Part shown: positions 1 to 8,258 of the stretch, one piece after another
Position numbering within the stretch: the stretch's first letter is position 1
Layout of the letters: every line of letters begins with the position of its first letter
Assembly (NCBI GenBank): GCA_955652675.1
Contig: CATPBP010000007.1
Span: 19,354 to 83,353 of the forward strand
DNA length: 64,000 bases
Source of the DNA: Candidatus Dormiibacterota bacterium
GTDB taxonomy: Bacteria > Chloroflexota > Dormibacteria > Dormibacterales > Dormibacteraceae
Direction of reading: 5' to 3'
Position numbers and translations under genes: made by a program
The notes under the pieces: model-generated
Told to the model about the DNA's origin: nothing
Database searches by the model: none
What the model saw: only the letters and a program-made list of their open reading frames with translations

Positions 1-71
1 GCCAGCCCGGCATCTTCCCCTCACAGTATCTTGCCCGGATCCCCGCGCCGCGCGGACCTCTGCGCTAGCGC

Positions 72-2735
72 TCAGCCCGTTCGGAGTCCATCGATTGTCG
101 AGCGCTTGGAGGCAGCGAGGGTCCAGGCTGCGGCGCCCAGGGCGGCGGCCAGCAGGACGCCGGTGATGCCGAGAAGCTGGCGCCAGGGCACCGCCAGCGC
201 GGCGGGCGGAGGGTCGAACACGCCTGTCAGAACCGCCACCAGCACTTCGACAAGCGCCGCTCCGATCAGCGCCCCGGACAGGATCCCCGCGGCCGTGATC
301 AGGAAGGCCTCGGCTCCGATGAACGCCGCGAGCTGCCCACTGCGCGCACCGAGGGCCTGCAGAACCGTAAAGCGGTGCCGGCGCTCGGCGAGGGCCAGCG
401 CCGGCACGACACCGGCCCCGGCGGCGGCCAGGACCAGCGCAAAGCCGAGCTCCAGCCTGGTCAGGCCGCCCAGGTCCAGCGCCGTGAGGCTGGAGCCGAC
501 GATCCGGCGTGTCGAGCCGATGTCGGTCACGGTCGCCGACGGACCGGCGGCCGAGCGGACGCGGGCGGCGACGGCGGCTGGTGGGGCGCCGTTCGTATCG
601 ACCAGGAAGGAGCCCACGGCGTCGTTCGAGGTCGCCTTCGCAACATAGGCGGCGTTGGCGACGAGGAAGCTGTCACGCGGTGCCGTGGGGAACTCCTTGA
701 CGACCCCGACGTAGCGAAAGCTGACCGGCACCAGGTCACCGCTGCGGCCGTCCCGCAGGCGCAGGGTGAGCCGGTCACCAGGCTGGAGCTGAAAGTCCTT
801 CACTGTCTCGGCGCTGACCAGGATGCCGTCGGGCTGACTGCTCAGCCGCGCCATGATCTGGGCTGCCCCACCGCCGCTGAAGTAGGCGTCCTGGAGCTTC
901 GCCGCGCCGACCACCGTCGAGGGGCGGACGCCGTAGAGGTCTTGCAGATCCGACCCCACGTAGGCGAAGCGATGCTGGAGCGGCTCCACGCCGGCGACAC
1001 CCGGGATGGCGGCCAGCCGGGCTGAGAACGAGGGTGGAACGGCGGCGCCTGGGGGCTCGGTGATCGTCACGTCGCCTCCGTTGGTGAGCCTGGCATCCAC
1101 CTCCGACTGCTGCGCGTAGGTCGAGTTGAAGACCGAGGTGGCCACCCCGAAGGAGCCGGCCAGGGCGACGAGCAGGACTGCGCGCGCAAGCAGACGGTGC
1201 TGACGGCTCAGCGAGCCCGCCACTGCCCCAGCGAGCGGGCCGGCGAGCGGTGCGAGCAGGGTTCCGAGTGCGCCGCGGCCGTGGACCAGGAGCACTCTTC
1301 CGAGCCACCAGACCAGGAGCGCAGCGCCCAGCCAGAGGAAGAGGGGGCCGAGAAGGGCCCAGTAGGTGATGGAGACCGCCGGTACGCCCTCCGGCGCCAG
1401 GACCAGCTCGTAGCCGCTCCGCTGAACCAGGGTGTAGACGATCGCGGCCCCGGCCAGGAAGAGGGCTGCGATTACCAGCACGACCGCTGGGGCTGCGCGG
1501 CCGCGGCGGACTCGTCTGGCCGCGGTGGCGACGGTCAGGCTGCGCGCGTCTCGCCAGGCCGGGACTGCCAGGGCCAGCGTGGCGATCCCCAGCCCGACCA
1601 GGGAGGCGAGGCCGAGATCGAGCAGAGTTGAGCGTGGATCCGCCCCAAAGCTGCTCGAGCCAAAAGCAAGCCGGCCGACCACGAAGGCCGCGGCGAGGCC
1701 CGCCACGACGCCGGCAAGGCCGGCGGCTGCGGCTTCGGCCAGACCAAGGCGCAGGAGCTGGCCGAGCGCCGTGCCCCGGGCTCGCAGCAGCGCCTGCTCG
1801 CGGCGCCGGCGCTCGCCGCCGGTCCGAGCCACGTCCAGGGTTACCAAGCCTGCAATCGCCACCCCCGGAAGCCCCAGGAAGAAGAAGAGCAGTTGGGCGT
1901 ACAGGGCGTCGCCGCGAGCCGCCCCCAGAGCGGCGCCCAGGTTGTCGCCGACCCGGCCGGCTCCGGCCAGCCTGGCTTCCAGGTTCCGGGCCTCCCCGGT
2001 CACCGAGTCGTAGGCGTCGACCGGGGTGGTCGGCAGATTGTGCGAGAGCCGGACGTGAACCTGCTCGTGTACGAGGTCCGGCCGGGCTGCCAGCACCGGG
2101 TCGAAGAGCTGGTGCCAGGTGGAGAGGGGGACCAGAACCACGTTGTCCGGCGGGGCGGTTGGTTGTGAGCCGGCGAGGGCGCCGACCTTCTGAAAGAGCG
2201 AATCAGCCTGCCGGAGATCGACCACGCCATCGACCCTGGTGCTGACCGCGGGTAGCCCGGTGCGGCCGACGTTGATGGCGTCGCCCGGCGCCACGTGCAG
2301 GTTGGAGGCGGTCTGCTGAGCGACGAGAACTCCCTCCGGGGCCCCGACCAGGGGACGCAGCTGACCGGGAAAAGTCCGGGTATAGCCGTACGGGAGGCCG
2401 ACCACGGCACCGGACCCGGTCGTCTGCACGGCGCCCTGCGTGGAAGCGCTGAGCCCGCTGCTGCTGGCGAAGGCGACGGGCAGCGCCGCCCGGGTTTGGG
2501 GGAAGCCGCGGACGGTGTCGAGGACGGTCGAGGAGCTGGCGCCGGGCTGCACCTCCATCTGCCAGTCCACGCTCACCCGGGCGATCGAGCGAGCGGTCAT
2601 GGTGGCTTCCGAAGCCGTGAAGAACGCACCCAGCGAGCCGAGGAGGGCCACCGCCGCGGCGGTTCCGGCCGCCACCCCCGCCAGGGGTCCCGGCTCTCGG
2701 GTCACCAGGCCGCGCAGCCAGAGCAGCGCGATCAC
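72..2735 (-). CDS. ABC transporter permease, FtsX/MacB-type, double-module (about 10 TM, BceB/YbbP-like)
   Basis: 887-aa ORF. N-terminal TM helix, long soluble segment and three TM helices, then the same plan repeated. Start overlaps the stop of the upstream ATPase gene by 4 nt. Confidence 0.8.
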   Translation of the reverse strand: MIALLWLRGLVTREPGPLAGVAAGTAAAVALLGSLGAFFTASEATMTARSIARVSVDWQMEVQPGASSSTVLDTVRGFPQTRAALPVAFASSSGLSASTQGAVQTTGSGAVVGLPYGYTRTFPGQLRPLVGAPEGVLVAQQTASNLHVAPGDAINVGRTGLPAVSTRVDGVVDLRQADSLFQKVGALAGSQPTAPPDNVVLVPLSTWHQLFDPVLAARPDLVHEQVHVRLSHNLPTTPVDAYDSVTGEARNLEARLAGAGRVGDNLGAALGAARGDALYAQLLFFFLGLPGVAIAGLVTLDVARTGGERRRREQALLRARGTALGQLLRLGLAEAAAAGLAGVVAGLAAAFVVGRLAFGSSSFGADPRSTLLDLGLASLVGLGIATLALAVPAWRDARSLTVATAARRVRRGRAAPAVVLVIAALFLAGAAIVYTLVQRSGYELVLAPEGVPAVSITYWALLGPLFLWLGAALLVWWLGRVLLVHGRGALGTLLAPLAGPLAGAVAGSLSRQHRLLARAVLLVALAGSFGVATSVFNSTYAQQSEVDARLTNGGDVTITEPPGAAVPPSFSARLAAIPGVAGVEPLQHRFAYVGSDLQDLYGVRPSTVVGAAKLQDAYFSGGGAAQIMARLSSQPDGILVSAETVKDFQLQPGDRLTLRLRDGRSGDLVPVSFRYVGVVKEFPTAPRDSFLVANAAYVAKATSNDAVGSFLVDTNGAPPAAVAARVRSAAGPSATVTDIGSTRRIVGSSLTALDLGGLTRLELGFALVLAAAGAGVVPALALAERRHRFTVLQALGARSGQLAAFIGAEAFLITAAGILSGALIGAALVEVLVAVLTGVFDPPPAALAVPWRQLLGITGVLLAAALGAAAWTLAASKRSTIDGLRTG

Positions 2736-3409
2736 GAACGCTCTCCCGTCTCGAGGGCGCCGTCGGCGATGCGCCAGCGCCGGTCATAGCGTGCCGTCAC
2801 GCGTGCGTCGTGGGTGGTGAGGACGAGGGCCGCCCCGAGCGCGCGGCAGGTCTTGTCGAGGACGTCCAGCATCCGCTCGGCCGTCGTGTGATCCAGCTGT
2901 CCTGTCGGCTCGTCGGCGATCACGAGCGGTGGCCCGGTGGCGAGGACCCGAGCCACCGCCACGCGCTGGGACTGACCGCCGGAGAGCTCGTCCGGGAGTT
3001 GCTCGGCCAGGCTCTCGAGATCCAGAGCGGCCAGCGCCTCGAGTGCTCTTTCTCGAGCCCGCGAAGGCTCGGCCCCGGCTATCTCCAAAGGCAGTGCAAC
3101 GTTCTCCGCCACGGTGAGCTCGTGGAGAAGGCTTGGCGACTGAAAGACGACTCCGATGCAGCCCGGCCGCAGCTCTTCCCGGCGGCCGAGTGCCGGCCAG
3201 CTCAGGACGCCACTGGTCGGCTCATCGAGCCCCGCCATCAGGTGCGCCAGCGTCGACTTGCCCGACCCCGAACGGCCTGAGATCGCGATGCGATCGCCCG
3301 CCTGGATGCTGCAGCTGACGTCGTGGAGGGCTGTGAGCTGGCGATCTCCCCGACCGTAGTTGCGTCCGACGCCCTGGCAGAGGACGAGCGGTGCTGCGCC
3401 GGCTGTCAA
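2732..3409 (-). CDS. ABC transporter ATP-binding protein (second of two)
   Basis: Walker A GRSGSGKST, signature LSGGQSQR, Walker B LVIADEPTGQLD, H-loop TTHD. 4-nt overlaps on both sides. Confidence 0.9.
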   Translation of the reverse strand: MTAGAAPLVLCQGVGRNYGRGDRQLTALHDVSCSIQAGDRIAISGRSGSGKSTLAHLMAGLDEPTSGVLSWPALGRREELRPGCIGVVFQSPSLLHELTVAENVALPLEIAGAEPSRARERALEALAALDLESLAEQLPDELSGGQSQRVAVARVLATGPPLVIADEPTGQLDHTTAERMLDVLDKTCRALGAALVLTTHDARVTARYDRRWRIADGALETGERS

Positions 3410-4071
3410 GGGAGGAGGCTGCCGTCCCGCAGGCGTAGGACCCGGTCGGCGGCTCCGGCAACCGCGTCGCTGTGGCTCGCAACCAGCACCGCGCTCCCTC
3501 GCCGCGCCTCCTCCCGGAGGAGGTCTATCACACGGACCTCGTTGTCGCTGTCGACCTCGCCGGTCGGCTCGTCGGCCAGAAGGACGGCGGGATGGTTGGC
3601 GACGGCGACGGCGAGACCGGCTCGTGCGGTCTCGCCGCCGGAGAGCTGTCCGGGGAGGGATCGGGCTCGTTCCGCGATCGCCAGCCGCTCGAGAAGCTGG
3701 GTGCGGTGCCGGCGGTCCGACCGGCCGGCGAGCCGCTGAGCCAGCTCGACGTTCTCCTCCACCGTCAGGTGGCGGACCAGGTTGCCGCCCTGGAGCAGGA
3801 GACCGACATGGCGGGCGCGGAGCGCGGCCCGGCGCCCCTCGCCGCGGCGGGAGAGACGCTCGTCCGCCACCCAGACCGTGCCCCCGTCCGGCTCATCGAG
3901 GCCGCAGAGGCAGGCGACGAGCGTCGACTTGCCGGAACCCGAGGGGCCCGTGATGGCGACGAGCTCGCCCCCGTCAAGCTCCAGAGAGACGTCTCGAAGG
4001 GCCTGGACCTCCTCGTCGCCGGCGTGGAAGAACCGGTGGAGACGGCTGGCCCGCAGCGGCCTCATCGCCAC
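3406..4071 (-). CDS. ABC transporter ATP-binding protein (first of two)
   Basis: Walker A GPSGSGKST, signature LSGGETAR, Walker B LLADEPTGEVD, H-loop ASHS. Overlaps the upstream lipoprotein gene by 10 nt. Confidence 0.9.
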   Translation of the reverse strand: MAMRPLRASRLHRFFHAGDEEVQALRDVSLELDGGELVAITGPSGSGKSTLVACLCGLDEPDGGTVWVADERLSRRGEGRRAALRARHVGLLLQGGNLVRHLTVEENVELAQRLAGRSDRRHRTQLLERLAIAERARSLPGQLSGGETARAGLAVAVANHPAVLLADEPTGEVDSDNEVRVIDLLREEARRGSAVLVASHSDAVAGAADRVLRLRDGSLLP

Positions 4072-4709
4072 CCGAAGGAGTCGGTGACCGTCTTCCAGGG
4101 GTCTACGTTGTCCGCTCCAGCCGGCGCGGAGAGCGTGACGATGGCCTCAACGCCGCCCCGCCAGAACTCGTAGCGTTCGGTGGAAAGCTGGACAGTCTTG
4201 CCCGTCACCTGCTCAGGTGGGCTCGTGGCGCGGTACTTGACCAGAACGGCGTCGCCGGCAGAACGGTGGACTGTGCTCACGTCCCCAAGCGAGAAGCCGG
4301 GCACTGCACTCCGAAGGGAGGCCGCTTCGGTTCCGGCCGCCGTCGCGTTGGTCGGCGCCTTGGCCGCGGGCTGGGTCTCCACCCGGATGCTGTTGAAGCG
4401 ATCGGTGAACGTCACGCTGGATCCGGCGCTGGTTCGAGACCACCCCTCCGGCACCTTGATGACGTACCCGCCGGCGGCCGGGGTGAAGGCGACGTAGACC
4501 TGGTTGTCCGGGATGTCACCTGCGACTGTCGTGTCCGAGGCCCCTGAGCTCGGCTGTGCACTCGAGGCCGGGGCAGCGGCTTTAGGGGTCCCCGCCGAGC
4601 TGCCGCCAAAGCCACAGGCGGTCACGCCGAACAAGGCGGCGGCCAGCAAGCCGATCCACAGAATTAGCCCTGGCGGCGTGCGCCGGCCAGGTTGGGTGCT
4701 CCTCTTCAC
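4062..4709 (-). CDS. putative lipoprotein, first gene of the ABC operon
   Basis: GTG start. Basic N-terminus, hydrophobic stretch and lipobox-like GVTAC followed by a Gly/Ser-rich linker. High GC3. Confidence 0.6.
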   Translation of the reverse strand: MKRSTQPGRRTPPGLILWIGLLAAALFGVTACGFGGSSAGTPKAAAPASSAQPSSGASDTTVAGDIPDNQVYVAFTPAAGGYVIKVPEGWSRTSAGSSVTFTDRFNSIRVETQPAAKAPTNATAAGTEAASLRSAVPGFSLGDVSTVHRSAGDAVLVKYRATSPPEQVTGKTVQLSTERYEFWRGGVEAIVTLSAPAGADNVDPWKTVTDSFGWR

Positions 4710-4733
4710 GTTGCCGATCGTGCACAGCCCAGA

Positions 4734-4749
4734 TGAAAGGCCAATGAAC
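4734..4749. promoter_or_regulatory. TGAAA-N6-TGAAC direct repeat (11-bp phasing) upstream of the ABC operon
   Basis: Lies 25-40 nt upstream of the lipoprotein GTG (4709, minus strand). Same pentamer and spacing as the array at 5791-5833. Confidence 0.35.
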
Positions 4750-4769
4750 GGGTAGGTCGCTGGAGCGGC

Positions 4770-5570
4770 TCAGCCCTCCTCGGAGGGCGAGGGGGGTTGA
4801 GCGCGGACCAGCCTGGTCACGACGGAGGCGATCAGGATGAGGACCACCAGGCCGACGATCGCGTAGGTCCAGCGATGCCCTCCCAGGAAATGGCCGATCC
4901 TGGCGCCGAAGTGCGCCCCCACCCACAGCCAGAACGCAGCCCAGACGGCGGTCGAGACCCCGACGCCCAGCGCGAAGGTCCGGTAGGGGACGCCGAAGAT
5001 CCCTACGGCCACAGTGATCGGCACCCGGAAGCCGGGGATGTGACGCCCGAAGATGATCGCCAGGGCGCCCCAGCGCGCGAACCAGCGTTCGGCTGTGGCC
5101 AGGCGGCGGGGGCTGAGGTGGACGGCGGCGCCCAGCCGTCCCCGCACCAGGCCGCGGCCCCAGCGCCTCGAGATCAGGTAAAGGTTGCTGGCGCCGCCCA
5201 GGACCACCGTGATGACCCCCAGCCAGGCCGCCAGCCACGTGAGCGGGGAGCCGGCCACGTGCCCGAGATAGGCGACGTAGACGTCGCCGGGTACCGGCAC
5301 CGGTATGCCCGACTCCTCCAGGTAGAGCAGCAGAAGGCTGGCGGCCGGTCCGTATCGCATCGGCAGCATCCGAGCGAGCTGCCGCAGCGGATCCTCGGCC
5401 CGGGGCACGTACCCGACGCCCAGCACGATCGCGATCAGCACGAGCACGCCGAGGACCGCCACAAGCACGGTTGCAAGGCGCTTTCTCCCCGGGCGCCAGC
5501 GGGGCCTGCGGACGCGCTGAGGGATCGAGGCTGGAAAAGGCCAGCGCGGTACGGGCTGCCGGTTACCCAT
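4770..5570 (-). CDS. DedA family membrane protein
   Basis: 266-aa ORF with the DedA-type core (LLLLYLEESGIPVPVPGD, FGRHIPGFR) and multiple TM segments. Confidence 0.8.
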   Translation of the reverse strand: MGNRQPVPRWPFPASIPQRVRRPRWRPGRKRLATVLVAVLGVLVLIAIVLGVGYVPRAEDPLRQLARMLPMRYGPAASLLLLYLEESGIPVPVPGDVYVAYLGHVAGSPLTWLAAWLGVITVVLGGASNLYLISRRWGRGLVRGRLGAAVHLSPRRLATAERWFARWGALAIIFGRHIPGFRVPITVAVGIFGVPYRTFALGVGVSTAVWAAFWLWVGAHFGARIGHFLGGHRWTYAIVGLVVLILIASVVTRLVRAQPPSPSEEG

Positions 5571-5790
5571 CTCCCGGACCCCAGCCAGCGATCAGACCGT
5601 CGGCCGATGGATGCGAGCCAGCGGGGCGGCCGGCGAGAGTGGCGCGGGGATACCTTTGGTCCACAGCCGGTTACACAAGGCTATCGACCTGGTCCGCCAT
5701 GACGGCGGGCGTAGCACTTCGCGGGCGCCGACGGTCACGGCCGAGGCTGGGTGGGGAGATTCATCCCGGACACAAGCTGACCGTGGTTTC

Positions 5791-5833
5791 TGAACCCGCG
5801 ATGAACCCGCGTGGGCCGTTCATCAAGCGTTCA
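5791..5833. promoter_or_regulatory. candidate operator: TGAAC-N6-TGAAC-N11-GTTCA-N6-GTTCA dyad
   Basis: Four pentamers read directly from the sequence. The first two sit in a perfect TGAACCCGCG 10-mer repeated at an 11-bp period. The last GTTCA overlaps the ATG of the response-regulator gene. Confidence 0.4.
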
Positions 5834-6570
5834 TGAGCCTCGAAGATGCTCAATTGGTGCGGATCCTGATCGTCGAGGACGACCCCCGGCTGGCCAACAT
5901 GCTTCGGCTCGGGCTGGAGGAGGAGGGCTTCGGCGTCGACCTGGTGGACAACGGGGAGGAGGCGCTGGCCGCCGCCACTGCCACGCCGTTCGACCTGGTG
6001 ACCGTCGACGTCATGCTTCCCGGCTCGATCGACGGCTTCGCCGTCTGCGCCGGTCTGCGCCGCCGCCGGATCCGGACCCCGGTTCTGATGCTCACTTCGA
6101 GGGACGCCGTGGAGGACAGGGTCAGGGGCCTGGAGGCAGGGGCGGACGACTACCTGGTGAAGCCCTTCGCATTCGTAGAGTTCCTCGCTCGCCTCCGGGC
6201 CCTCGCCCGGCGCCACCTTGAGGACCGTTCGTCCGTCCTGCAGAGCGGCACTCTCAGCCTGGACACCGCCGCTCGCGAATTGCGGGTGAACGGCCGCCCG
6301 ATCAAGCTGACGAGCAAGGAGCTCGCCATCCTGGAATACCTGATGCACCATCCCCGGCGGGTCCTATCCCGGAGCCAGATCGAGGAGCACGTCTGGAACT
6401 ACGATCTCCAGAGCGGTTCCAACCTGGTCGACGTGTACATGGGACGCCTGCGCCGGAAGCTGTCCGCGGGCAACGCCGCCGACCACATCGTGACCCTGAG
6501 GGGCATGGGCTACCGTTTCGACCCGACACCTGAATGCGAGAGCACCTCCGGCGGACCCGAGTCCGCCTAA
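5833..6570 (+). CDS. OmpR/PhoB-family response regulator
   Basis: Receiver domain (ILIVEDD, DLVTVDVMLPG, KPF) plus winged-helix C-terminus (LTSKELAILEYLMHH, TLRGMGYRF). Confidence 0.9.
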   Translation: MSLEDAQLVRILIVEDDPRLANMLRLGLEEEGFGVDLVDNGEEALAAATATPFDLVTVDVMLPGSIDGFAVCAGLRRRRIRTPVLMLTSRDAVEDRVRGLEAGADDYLVKPFAFVEFLARLRALARRHLEDRSSVLQSGTLSLDTAARELRVNGRPIKLTSKELAILEYLMHHPRRVLSRSQIEEHVWNYDLQSGSNLVDVYMGRLRRKLSAGNAADHIVTLRGMGYRFDPTPECESTSGGPESA

Positions 6571-7991
6571 CCCTGGTCTACGTCGGCGTCTTCGCCCTGG
6601 TCGCGGGCTCGGCGGCGGTTGCCTTCTGGGTCGCCTTCTCCCTCACCGAATACCAGGTCGTCGACAGCAGCCTGATCACCCAGTCCAACCTGGTGGAGTC
6701 TCAGATCAAAGAGATCGGCGGCCAGCGCTTCGGGGAGAGCGGCGAGCCGCTTCCCGGGGAGACTCAGTCCGGGATCGGAGTCGCCGCCCTGCTGCTGGGT
6801 GCCGACGGCCACGTGCTGGATCGTTCCGGGCAGATCAAAGATCCCGGCGGACTGGCCTCGACCGCCACCCGGGAGTTCCCATCGGGTGGATGCTGCCGGA
6901 CCAAGATGGTGGCCGGCCAGCCGATGCGCCTGATGGTGATGCCGGTCGACCTGGGGAATGGCGCCGTGGGCAGGCTGGTGCTCGCGCGCCCGATACAGGA
7001 GCTTCAGCAATCGCTGCTTCGGGTGGCGGTTCTGCTCCTGTTCGTGGTCGTGCTTTTGGTGGTGGGGGCAGCCGGGCTCGGGTACTGGCTATCGGGACGG
7101 GCGCTGAGGCCGGTCGGGGTGATGGCTGGGACCGCCCGCCAGATCAGCGAGCAGGATCTCCACCGCCGCATCCAGCTGGATCTGCCGCCCGGCGACGAGC
7201 TGGGCGAGCTGGCCGCGACCTTCAACGGCATGCTGGCACGCCTCGACGCCTCTTTCGAAGGCCTGCGGCGCTTCACCGCCGACGCCGCGCACGAGTTTCG
7301 AGCGCCTCTGGCCCTGATGCGGACGCAGCTCGACGTGATGCTCCGCCGCCGCCGCAGCGTCGAGGAGTACGAGGCCAGCCACCGTTCGCTGCTGACGGAA
7401 GTCGAACGGCTGGGCCGCCTCGCGGACCAGCTCCTCCTGCTCGCCCGGGCGGACGCGGGCGCATTGGCGCCCCGCCATGAGTCCATCGACCTGCCGGAGT
7501 TTCTCGAAGAGACCATCGAGCGCTGGCGCCCGGCCGCCCAGGAACGTGAGGTCGAGCTGGACAGCCAGGTGCCGCTGGAAGGGGCGGTCGCCGGAGACCC
7601 GGATCTTCTCCGGCAACTTTTGGACAACTTGCTCGACAACGCCATCCGGCACAGCCCCGGCCACGGCACCGTCACGGTATCGGCGGTGGAAGAGGCCGGC
7701 TGGTGGTGGTTGACCGTTCAGGACAGCGGCCCCGGCGTCAAGGCCGGCCTGCGCTCCAGGCTCTTCGAACGCTTCGCGCGCGCCGACGCGGCTCGCGGCC
7801 GCGCCACTGGGGGTGCCGGACTGGGACTGTCGCTCTGCGCCGCGATCGCAGAGGCGCACGGAGGGTCGATCTCACTGGTCGACGGTTCCGGCCCCGGGGC
7901 CCGATTCGTGGTGCGGCTGCCCAGCATGCCGGTTCCCTCGAGCATGCCGGCTCGCGATGAGAGGGGAGTTGGTGCGGCGGAGAGGATTTGA
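6534..7991 (+). CDS. sensor histidine kinase (two TM, periplasmic loop, HAMP, HisKA, HATPase)
   Basis: H-box FTADAAHEFRAPL, N-box LLDNLLDNAIRHS, G-boxes DSGPGV and GGAGLGLS. Overlaps the RR gene by 37 nt. Confidence 0.85.
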   Translation: MREHLRRTRVRLTLVYVGVFALVAGSAAVAFWVAFSLTEYQVVDSSLITQSNLVESQIKEIGGQRFGESGEPLPGETQSGIGVAALLLGADGHVLDRSGQIKDPGGLASTATREFPSGGCCRTKMVAGQPMRLMVMPVDLGNGAVGRLVLARPIQELQQSLLRVAVLLLFVVVLLVVGAAGLGYWLSGRALRPVGVMAGTARQISEQDLHRRIQLDLPPGDELGELAATFNGMLARLDASFEGLRRFTADAAHEFRAPLALMRTQLDVMLRRRRSVEEYEASHRSLLTEVERLGRLADQLLLLARADAGALAPRHESIDLPEFLEETIERWRPAAQEREVELDSQVPLEGAVAGDPDLLRQLLDNLLDNAIRHSPGHGTVTVSAVEEAGWWWLTVQDSGPGVKAGLRSRLFERFARADAARGRATGGAGLGLSLCAAIAEAHGGSISLVDGSGPGARFVVRLPSMPVPSSMPARDERGVGAAERI

Positions 7992-8055
7992 ACCTCCACG
8001 AGGTTGCCCTCACTAGGTCCTGAACCTAGCGCGTCTGCCGTTCCGCCACCGCCGC
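7970..8055 (-). tRNA. tRNA-Leu (anticodon CAG)
   Basis: Hand-folded cloverleaf: acceptor GCGGCGG/CCGCCGC, anticodon stem CTAGG/CCTAG with loop TTCAGGA, long variable arm, T-arm GGAGGTTCAAATCCTCT, encoded CCA. Confidence 0.9.
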
Positions 8056-8099
8056 GGCGTGAAGCGAAGGTCAAGTATAGGCAGAGCGCCGTGCCCCTT

Positions 8100-8134
8100 C
8101 CGTTCCCTTGCGGAGAGGGCCAGCGGAGGGGGTC
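8100..8134 (-). repeat. REP-like C-arm/G-arm repeat, degenerate copy, inverted orientation
   Basis: Reverse complement reads ccctccgctggccctctccgcaagggaacgg. This closely matches the copy at 16207-16247, but the G-arm is decayed. Confidence 0.45.
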
Positions 8135-8258
8135 TTACCTCGACGGACGCCGCAGATTTTGAGCGAACGAGAGGAGAGCTGCGGGACCCCTCCCCCGGCC
8201 TGGCCGGGTACTCCCCCGACTTCGCAGGGAAGAGACTCCTACCTGTGGTCGGAGAGAT

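Noticed and set aside
8056-8258. Possible additional tRNA (including tRNA-Sec) or small RNA in the 200-nt gap next to tRNA-Leu.
   Set aside because: I could fold no T-loop (GTTCRANYC-like) or acceptor pairing. The gap is better explained by decayed REP-like copies. A covariance-model scan would settle it.
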